From Chrysomallon squamiferum (taxonomy: Eukaryota; Animalia; Mollusca): 64,000 nucleotides of DNA. The stretch covers positions 9,300,001-9,364,000 of the forward strand of contig CM022674.1 of the NCBI GenBank assembly GCA_012295275.1, read 5' to 3'. The notes under the pieces are model-generated. The model did no database searches. It saw only the letters and a list, made by a program, of their open reading frames with translations, and was not told where the DNA came from. This document shows positions 1 to 10,252 of the stretch, piece after piece. Numbering within the stretch: the stretch's first letter is position 1; every line of letters starts with the position of its first letter. The position numbers were made by a program, and so were the translations under genes.

Positions 1-338
1 TAAACAAACATCTGAACCCTCTGTTAAAATAATAAAGAAGAAAAACAAAAATACTTGTTTTTGACTGAATCATTCTAGGTAACAGTTATCAATATAATCT
101 CTCTCTTTTACTTGCAGAGTAATCACAAACACAAAATAAACACACAAACACCAAGACAGATGTGTGTGTGTGTAAGTTCATGCATGTTGTAAGCTGGTTT
201 ACAATATACAATCTTTCTCATGTATTCAAATAAAAAAACTCATCTTTTTTATCTCTCTCAAATACACACACAATACAATCCATTTCCACAAAGCATACAA
301 GTGTTTCACTCTCTGAAATAAACTGATTATGCAGCTAC

Positions 339-2485
339 CTGAATTTTATGTCTAAATCCTTCTTTTTCTATTTTTGCTTCAATCACTTTCACCTTTTCCA
401 AGTCAACTTTCCCATCACAAATACCATTACCTCCATGTACAATCCTGAAATGAGATTAACAAGATTATTAGTATTAATTTCGCAGTAATTATTACTTTCA
501 CTTTGTATATATATCTATATATATATATATAAAACAGAAATTAAATAAATTACCAACAACAAAATAATAATAATAATTTTACTGTTTTAAAAAAAATCCA
601 GAAACACTAGAAAACATTTATAAACAAGAATGATTATTTTGTTTTAAATGAAAAATAAGAGAAATTCAAACCTGTTCCCACCAATATTAACCAAGGACAC
701 AGTTCTTTCATCTCCTGGCTCAAATCGAACAGCTGTACCTGGTATGATATCCTGAAAGGAATGTCAGGATAAATTAAAAACTTATCAAAATGAAGAGTAT
801 TACAACTTTCTCTTCAGCCATACTGACTAGTCTATGTTTATACAGAGAATAAAAAATATGATGTAATGAAATATAAAATACTTACCAATCTTCTGCCATA
901 AGCAGCAAGTCTATCAAACTCCAGAGCCTTGTTTACTTCAATGAAATGATAATGACTTCCCACCTACAGGATAAAAATTTAATGTTAGCAAGTTAAACAT
1001 TTAAATGGAATCAATATAAAAACCAAATATTCATAGTAACATTTAATTATATTTATTTTTCTTAGATTGAAATATTTGTTTTTTCAAAAAAGTCAAATGT
1101 TAGATATACACATATAAATGTTTAATAAAGTTGCTTCTTTGCCATCCTCAGTGAAAATGTTTTAAATAAAATTTTTTATATATACAGCAGGCCAACTATA
1201 CAAGATTATTATCATGCAAAACAAATATATTGGAAGTACTGAAATACTATCCTATAATACTGTTATTCTAAATATCATTTATAAATAGACTTCATAAATT
1301 TCAGCAAAATTTGTTAATTAATTCAACTCATTTTGAAAATGACATATTACAATTTTAGATACTATTCTTTAAGTTTGATATTCATATAGATCTTTTTACT
1401 GAAAAGATCAATTACTATGGGGATGTCTTGATATTTAATAATGTTAACTATGAAATAATTTGCAGTTCTGAGTAATTACAAAAGTTAATTATTCCACTAT
1501 AACTTTAACTGAACATTTAAGGAAAATACATTATGAGTAGAGGGGTAATCGTGACAAGAGAAAAAAAACTAAAAATACAAAATAAATAAAGTAAAGAAAG
1601 TAAAACAAAAACTTAATGAATATAAAAAGTAAATGAACTGCGAATATCTAGGTGAAATGGTCTATGAATATATATCCTGCAGACGTCACAAGCTGTACTG
1701 TGTTACCAAAGAACTACGGCAGCTTTATGTGTGTGAACTATTTCGTTTTATGCACACTGGATGTAGCTGTGACAATCGTAGAGGCGCTATACGCAGTAAC
1801 ATCTCAAAAGAAAAATGCATGTGCACGATTTTTTTAAAATTTTAGTTTCGTTTCTTTCTTTCTTATATATATATATATATATAAAGAAAGAAAGAAAGAA
1901 ACGAAACAGTTCGCATAAATATAGCTGCCGTAATTCTTTAGTAATACAATACTGAATACAGCTTGTGACGTCTGCATGCAACATAAATTGTATTAAAAGT
2001 TGGAATGCAAAACTGTCTGGGCCCAATTATTATAAATATTAGAGTTGTATATGCGTTTGTATATCTACACACAGAAACAGACAAACAAGCACGCACGCAC
2101 ACACACTAATTAATATTTCTATCCGAAACGACTGCTATGATGTGGCCGTCAACATCGCTGGATCGCCGTCCTAATGTCACAGATGTTCCGGCGCGGTGCA
2201 GTAGAACATCAAATCGCATTATAAAGACCGCCTAACACACAACAATTTGAAAACGAAACATTCTAACTATTCGACCTTAAAGTTACTGTATTTACACTTT
2301 CTTCAAATACAGTCCACAGATGTTTTTTGGTTCCCCACGCCCACCCCATTCACTCTTGACATCTCTTCGATTTGCTCCATAATTTCTCTAGTGTTGAGGT
2401 AAAATGGTGGTGGTGGGGGGAAACAAAAAATTAAAAAAATTTAAAAATCCCGTGGGGGAAAAACAAACAACAACTGACAAATAAA

Positions 2486-2516
<31 letters not shown>

Positions 2517-4045
2517 TAATAATAAAAAGAAAGAAAAATACAAAGAAACTATAAATACAATAATAATAATAATAATAAAAAGAAAGAAAAATACAAAGAA
2601 ACTATAAATACAATAATAATAATAATAATAAAAAGAAAGAAAAATACAAAGAAACTATAAATACCTGTTCACCACATAAACAAGATAATTATGAACAACA
2701 GAGACACATGTAAAATCCCCCAATCCCAACACGTCACCTGAATAGGCCTGTCACAGTAACTCTTTACACTGAGTCTGATACGATCTTTGTCTTGATTTAG
2801 TGTGATATTTCTATCACACGGAAACAGCTCGCCGGGAATCACGTCCAGTGTGGCATCTGCTACATTGTCCTTGACTGGCTTCAAAAATGAAATAAAAAAA
2901 TCTATAAAAACGAAACAAGTTCTTGAGACATATTAAAATAAATTAAAACCAAACATACAAAAACAAACCCAACAAAAACAACAACAAACAGTAAACGGTG
3001 TCTTTTGGTAGTGAAACCGTTGGAAATCATTGTTTTGGTCAAAATTATTAACTTGTAGTTAAAAACCCACAGCTCAAAACATCCAGCGGTTATTACTTAA
3101 ATAGGAAAAAAAACCGACAACTAGCAACGTTAAATTTTATATAAACGTTTCAAATGATTTAATATCGGAGAAGAAAGGATTTTGTTAAACACAAAGACAG
3201 AATTGATACGAGTGTATATAAAAAGAAGAAGAAAAAGATTAGATAAAATAAATCAAACAGCTACAAAACAATACCTTCTTGTCTTGGAATATTGTGTTGT
3301 CTGGCACAGGAAGAAAGCTGCCATAAAGAGCCATTTCAATATTTCCCGTTTCACTTGAAATAGGTTTATGGACTGTTACCTATAATGATTAGCATCATCG
3401 TTTGTAAACAAAATATATTCTACCTTTTGAAAGGTTATTAACTAAAATAATGTTGATTGTAAGTATTAAATACAGAATGTGTTTTGAAATCGTTAAATCT
3501 TAATATTTAAAATTACGCTTTAAAACGTTCAGTTTCAGTTTTAATTATACTTTATAACAGGACGCTTCTGTGACAATTCTGTTAATATCAGTAAAATAAT
3601 TTTTCGTATATTATAAGTGCCTTTATTATAAAAAGAACTGTACATTATAGTGTAATAACGCAAAAACGAAACAAATTATTTTTAATACCACTGTTAAGAT
3701 ATTACCAGTTTCGTTCCATCAGGGAATGTTGCCTCAACTTGGACATACTCGATCATATGCTCCACCCCTGGCTGAACATGAATACGTCCTAAAATAATTA
3801 TTAATCATTTATATTTGAAAGTAAACATTTACTTATGTAATAAAATATCAGAAGACAGTGCGTCTTTATAATAACGGTTATATATTAGAAACGAATATGT
3901 AATAATGGACCCGACGGAAACGTCATAAAGCTGGATCCTTTCATCGTAAAATTAAATGTTCCAGCCTAGATTTTTAATTTTGATATACGATATTGCATAA
4001 GCCTATTTTTGATAAAATTACATTTTACAAGTTTGTATTCGTGTA

Positions 4046-4083
<38 letters not shown>

Positions 4084-4498
4084 TTTTACGCCTTTTTTTT
4101 TGTATTTTACGAGTAACATTCATAGGAATGTTGTTTGATTGACTACCTGTTTGTAAGACTCGAGTATATGAAATAAATATAATAAGTTTTGCGGCACCAT
4201 TGTGACGAAACGAAGCTTCATTGATAACATATTTAAATTTACTTAATAAACACACTCTGTCTGGTTTTTAAGAACAAGACGGAAGAAATGTACTTATGAT
4301 GACGTTAGAATGCTTTTATCCGATCAACAGCTATTTTCGATATGTAAGCCTTTTGGGCTATCCGTGTTTCCTTCATCAGCATTCCATATTACTTTTTATA
4401 TTTCAAACTTACCTAACAAGCTTCGACCAACTGACATCAATTCCGAAACGCTTTTTCCATCTCTAGCAAATTCTTGAAGCTAAATAATAATAATAATA

Positions 4499-4534
<36 letters not shown>

Positions 4535-4536
4535 TG

Positions 4537-4598
<62 letters not shown>

Positions 4599-5260
4599 CG
4601 GTGCCTATGCCTAAAGTGCTCGTTATGTCTTGGGGATGAACACTATGAAGGGACTGAAACATTTTATATTGTGACAGTCAACAAGAATACAGTTTCAGTT
4701 ATTTATTTATATACAAACCATATTTTTTAATAATATAAAATAAAATGAACACAATTAAATTATTTACAGTTTTATGAAAATAATTAAAGAAGGAATCGGT
4801 CACAGTAGAATCACATTTTTAAATTAGGTATTATGTATATATGTATTTTAGGATTTGAATATTCTCTGATTAGACTCTGCACATAGACAATATTTGGGAA
4901 CGCACTGGTGCAGGAAGACAAAGCCCAATCACAACCTCTCAAATCCATTCGCTTGCACTCCGAAGGAGGACGGCGTTACAATTCGGCCATCGAGACAACC
5001 GTGTATGTATGCATGTATGTATGCATGTATATATGCATGTATGTATGTATGTATAATATTAAACAATTACACTGCCAAATGATGGTATCCCAAAACAAAA
5101 TTAAAAAATACAAACAAACAAACGAATAAGATGAAAGCTTATCAAAGCAAGGCCACATTTACAAGTTCTCAGTTTTCAGTGTTCATCAAACGGAACCGCT
5201 CGCTTGTCGCTTCTTGTTAAAAACCCTGAACGTGAACCTCGACTCAACCATCGAAGCCCT

Positions 5261-5291
<31 letters not shown>

Positions 5292-7543
5292 TTCCTGCGG
5301 ACTCAAGTGAAAACGCGGAATCAAAAAGAAAAATGAAGCTAGCTACTCGGGGTGGACAAATTTCGAAGCTGAGTTAGTTTGTCACACGAAAGTCGCCAAA
5401 TCTTGGCAGAAATTAACTTAACTTTAAAATTTAAAAACTGTATTTTCGTGTGAAAAGGTGTTGTGGATGATTAAACAGAACTTTAATTAGTTGATATATC
5501 GGCAGTAGCCAGTTTATTTACTGATTATAAGTATTAATAGTTATTTATTTAATAGTTGTCGTTATTTTATATATAGAAACTATATAATCTCAAGGTTATA
5601 TAAATATAAAAATTAGTATCTAATAAAATATCAAAAGTTAGTATACATAAAACGTATCTAATGAAACACAGTTTCAAAGAAAAACGGATTTTTGCGTTGA
5701 GCAAAGACGAGATTATCTCTCTTCGTCACAATATATATTCCTCTGACGGATAGGCGGGCGTGCTTTGGGCTAGTCAAATGAGGCTATATAATATTGCGAG
5801 TTTTCCAAGCACCTGACGTTGAAAAAGACTAGAATTTGTTTTGTTATTCTGTTTTTAACCGTTTTAGCAGTTAATTATCATTTTCCTTAATTTAAATAAA
5901 TTACCTTGCCCCCCTTCGTGGTTTTATCTAAAGGGCTGTTGGTTTGCCTGGGATTCTATAATGCTGTTAAGATGGCCTTGCTGCAATAGGTTATTTTTAC
6001 AAAAAATTGTAAAAGTTGCTAAAAATGAAACACAACTGCAGTGAAAAATATCTGAAATTTGCAGAAAGTTGGCAGTAGTTTACAAGCATCAGAAGTCTAA
6101 TATCGTCCTATTCCACAATGTCACGCCACATTCAAATCGCAGTAAAGTCTCTAAGCATACCAATGTATCAGTTTCAGTGAAAATTATCCAGTGCGGAATA
6201 CAATTATATCTCGGTTTCAGAGGCGTGCAGAGGTCTGGTGATACCCAGGGCCAAATCCTTGAATGTAATTCCCAAAGACTCAAGTACAAGACCTAGTATT
6301 GAGATATATTATGAGAAAGAAAGGTATTTTGAATATGTAAACACAGATGAAACATAAAATAAACACTTTATTCATTTAAATATAAATTAACCAGATTTAT
6401 TGTTCTGTTTTCTGTTTGGATTTCCCCCCTGTTTTGCACGCCACTGCTCGGTTTAACGATGGATTTTCCAAATTTTCCATTGGTAGGTGAGGTATCGTTA
6501 AGCGGGAGACTAATTTACATGTACTGCTTTAGCACGTGACAGCTCAGGTCATAGGCATGTTTAATCATTGCGTTTGGTAACTTATCCATATTGACAAAAG
6601 TTTTTTTCATGTGAGGAATAAATCTGATCACTTCTTTTTTTTTTTTTTTTTTTTTTCTCGTAGAATGCAGGGTGCAAGTTCTTTTAATCTCATTCAGATA
6701 TTTTTATTTATCCTTTAAAATCGTCGATACAGCTGACTGTCTGACACAAACAAAATTTTGCAGCTAAGTTATCGCATTTACCGGTTTTGTTTTCATTTAA
6801 AATACCGTATTTTGTTTCTAAAATTATTATCTTTCTCCGGTATACTATGTATTCGTTTTAACGTATTGGATGGGTAATTTTCAAAAGCGTTAAGTCTGTT
6901 TTGGAAGCAGAAGTGAAGAGAGAAGTTGAACACTACTGTGACGTCTGCGTGGCTACTGATCGACACTGCTGAGGAAAGCTTTAGCGCGTGACTGAACGAA
7001 AAAACAAACGAGACGAACGAAAAACGAACAGACTTAAATACAGGCATTGTACCCATTTGTACCATTTATTTCTAGCAATTAACTATTAAATTTCTATTTC
7101 TATAATTTGTAAAAAAAAAGATATCTTTAAGCGAGGTATTACTGTAATTATCGCGAAATAATAACCAATGTGACCTGCCAAATAAACAAACAACGCTCGA
7201 TCTGGTATCACTGCATGTGAACGGTTAGCGATTGGGGAAAGCGAGTGTACACAGTATAATGTCAATTTGTCATCATTATCAAAAATATCCTGAAAAAGTG
7301 TCACAGATTTGTCATAATTGATGTAGTTCTTTACAGTACATGACAAAGTAGTCCGACATTTGTCTATAGTGAATTTAAAAAAAAAAAAAAAAAAATGTGT
7401 ATAGTTAATATACTCACCTGACATCCTATTAAAGCCACCGTTTCAGGATAATTCAGGCGAAGACCACGAGCCAGCCTTTTCTGTGCTAGGCAGCCTGCAT
7501 GGTTTAACAACAGTCCCTCGATTTCTCTCGGCACTAGTTTCAT
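339..7543 (-). CDS. URE1: Urease, eukaryote-type single-chain (gamma-beta-alpha fusion); 5' portion, continues beyond the left edge
   Basis: Eight phase-consistent GT-AG exons: 7543-7418 [42 protein letters not shown]; 4479-4413 [23 protein letters not shown]; 3788-3706 [27 protein letters not shown]; 3379-3275 [26 protein letters not shown]...; 2878-2738 ...[34 protein letters not shown]; 963-886 [26 protein letters not shown]; 751-672 [26 protein letters not shown]; 444-339 [12 protein letters not shown]...GFRHKIQ. Gamma motifs ([21 protein letters not shown]), beta motifs ([21 protein letters not shown]) and the plant/fungal-type linker [10 protein letters not shown] are present. The catalytic alpha part is outside the window. 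Confidence 0.96.
1678..1978. mobile_element. MITE-like element with ~70-78 bp imperfect terminal inverted repeats in urease intron 5
   Basis: 1678-1749 (tgcagacgtcacaagctgtactgtgttaccaaagaactacggcagctttatgtgtgtgaactatttcgttt) is the imperfect reverse complement of ~1900-1978; ~150 bp non-coding interior. Confidence 0.55.
2506..2664. repeat. Tandem repeat, 3 x 53 bp
   Basis: Unit (aat)n-aaaaagaaagaaaaatacaaagaaactataaatac ends at 2558, 2611 and 2664. Confidence 0.85.
4483..4594. repeat. Compound microsatellite (AAT)n(GAT)n(CA)n
   Basis: Directly visible, immediately upstream of the urease exon 2 acceptor. Confidence 0.9.
4752..4997 (-). repeat. Dispersed repeat copy A (possibly tRNA-derived SINE-like), inverted partner of 10927-11172
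   Basis: 4752-4907 is identical to the reverse complement of 11017-11172; the remaining ~90 bp has ~14 mismatches. Head reads tgtctcgatggccgaattgtaacg (A-box-like TGGCCGAATTG) and follows a (TACA)n tract in both copies. Confidence 0.85.
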
Positions 7544-7720
7544 TTTCACGAAGTCAGTAGTTGTTTCTGGATTTATACTTGCCTGGATCAGAACAGTACA
7601 TCTCTAGTTATGACTTAAGTATAAAGTATAAATTACTTGAGATATAATTATATACACCACAGTGGGGTTTTTTTTTTTTTGGTTTTTTTTTTAATTCAAT
7701 ATATAATAATAATAATAATA

Positions 7721-7759
<39 letters not shown>

Positions 7760-8633
7760 AAACCGAAGCTGAGTAGAATTAGTGCATTTGTTCGGAAGCT
7801 GACTATACGACCTCCATGATGTACCTTGGAAAAGAGTTGAAGCGGAACAGTGTTATTTCGCTGAGTTTCAGTTGTTTTGTTTATCTGCTTATATTTTAGT
7901 GACATCCGGTGACTGTAATTTAAGCGATTTCATTTCGCCGAGTTTCAGTTGTTTTGTTTATCTGCTTGTATTTTAGTGACATCCGGTGACTGTAATTTAA
8001 GCGATTTCATCCTGGTATGTATTTCGTTTTATTTTTATTTACTACCTACGTTGTGTTATATATATATATATAAATTATTATTATGTATTTATTTATTTAT
8101 TTATTATTACTTTGCGAAAAATATTCTAAAAATCTGTAATTCTCCAACATTTTTCACATTCCCAGCTTTTTGAAAACAAACCATTATCACGTCACGTTAA
8201 AGTCACGAGCAAGTAGTACCATTTGTTTATTTGTTCAATTTTTAAATACTTTCTTTGTGTTGATTAAATGTAATAAATATAATTAATTTTCCTTTTTTTG
8301 ACATGGTATCTAATTTGGTGTAGTTTTGTTTGAAAAAATAATTTGTTTTTATATTGCAAATTTGGATTTATACAGCCTCTTAACTATAAAGAAACAAATA
8401 GAATTAAAATTTACATTTCATTTATTTAATTTTTTTTAATTTGAATGGAGTAACAATTTTGATCTGTAAATTCAGAGAAGTAAGGGGGACCAGTGCCTAT
8501 TTTCTTGGGTGAACATTCTATAATATTAATTATCAACTTAATGTACAGGATTAGTTACACCATTTGCTTTGTAAGCTTTTTACTTTCATTGATTTCATTT
8601 CAGTTACGTTTATCTCATAATTTCTTTGTTGAT
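7544..8633. promoter_or_regulatory. Putative bidirectional promoter / 5' UTR region between urease and ureG
   Basis: 1.09 kb between divergent ATGs (7543 minus, 8634 plus). Candidate ureG non-coding first exon ends at donor CTG|gtatgt (8014/8015), with acceptor tttcatttcag at ~8603. Confidence 0.65.
7857..8010. repeat. Tandem duplication, 2 x 77 bp, in the urease/ureG intergenic region
   Basis: ttcgc(t/c)gagtttcagttgttttgtttatctgctt(a/g)tattttagtgacatccggtgactgtaatttaagcgatttcat at 7857-7933 and 7934-8010; 2 mismatches seen. Confidence 0.92.
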
Positions 8634-10217
8634 ATGGATACATCAGAAAATTGTAATTTTATAAAAGGTAAACACTTTTCCTTTTTACTTTATTTTGCAG
8701 TATGACTAATTGTAAGGTTAGATTGGAATGATGTATGGTTGGAAGGGTTATCAAGTAAATATAAGTATGACAGAATTATATAATAATAATACAAAATCTT
8801 GTTTTCTTTTATTATTAATTTAATATGTAATTATTTTTTGTAATTTTTTTTTTTTTCACATTCAGAAAACTGGTTTTCAGAATGATATTTAAAAACAATA
8901 ATGGTAACAGATTTGGAGATGCTGGTTGATACTAATTTTGATTTTTTTAAATAAAGTCATATGTAAATAATGAAACGTCAGGTTACAAAATAATAACTAT
9001 CTAAATTATTTTAAAAGTTAAATAACCTTTATCAGTATCTCGTTTAAATTCAGACAACTAATATTTTAAATATGTTATCATTACAGTTTGATTCTAATGC
9101 ATTTAAAAGAAATGACTGAAAGTATTGCTGTTTTTAAAAATGTGTTCTTGACAAACATTAATGAAAATATTAGTTTATAAAAAATTAAATGAAGGATACT
9201 GAGTGAAGTCAATTTTGAAAACAAAATTTCATATATATTTAAAAGCAGTAGATGTATGGGATTATCAAATGAAACAAAAAGAGGTTAAAAACTTCATAAA
9301 TAAAATTACAATTATTAGATTAAGTTCTGTTTATATTTTTGAAGCAGGTAGCATCAGTCAACCACAAGAAGTACATGTACATACACATGACCACACACAT
9401 GAACATGGCCACACCCATGATATACTTGACAGTCCAGGGCAGTTTACATCAAGGGAGAAGCCATTATACAGAACAGACTGGAACACTGTTTGTTTGTTTA
9501 TATGTATATATTGTTGTTGTCGTTGTGAGGAGCTTTAAAATATAGTTTTTTTCTATTTATTATTTTGTCTCAACAAACAACGCACTCTGGAGTGTGAATC
9601 TAGACTTCTGCATATTTAGAATACAGATGATAGACAACTGTTTTCTTGAAGATTAAATAATGATGATAGTCATAGTGTTTGTTTATTTATTTTTAATTTT
9701 TTTTTAATTTTGTAAGCATCTCTCCAAAACTGATAAAGAATCTGCTTTACTAGTAAGAAACGATAATAAATTTCTGTTATGTTTTAGAGAGTATATGAAA
9801 TTGTACAATTAACAATTTATTTGTAAACCTTCTCGATTCTGATTTCAAGAATTTTAAACCAATAATACATTGTACTAAAACCACAGACTTAATAAGTATT
9901 GTACAGAGATTTAATTGTCAGGATAAAGTAAGAAAATGTTTTAAAATTTTTAATTCAGAATACCTATGTCATTAATTTATTTCCATAGAATAAGTCATTT
10001 CAACTGACAATTTGTGAAAAAGAAGCAGGTTATTGCCATACAGTGAATAGTTACTGCTTGGCGAGGCAGCTTTGTTCTAGTTATTTTCAATATGCCAGTG
10101 TATTTATCATTTCCAGCATATATATATAACTAGTACAAATTATATCTAATGTACAAATATGTATTTCTTGAATTTGAAAACTAAGTAGTTATAAGAAGTG
10201 TAAAAATATCAAAAACC

Positions 10218-10252
<35 letters not shown>

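Noticed and set aside
4908-4997. Intact tRNA gene
   Set aside because: Only an A-box-like head; no convincing B-box or cloverleaf seen, so treated as a possible SINE-like repeat.
5286-6300. Possible transposon-derived sequence in urease intron 1
   Set aside because: Composition looks repeat-like, but no terminal repeats or coding similarity could be established by eye.
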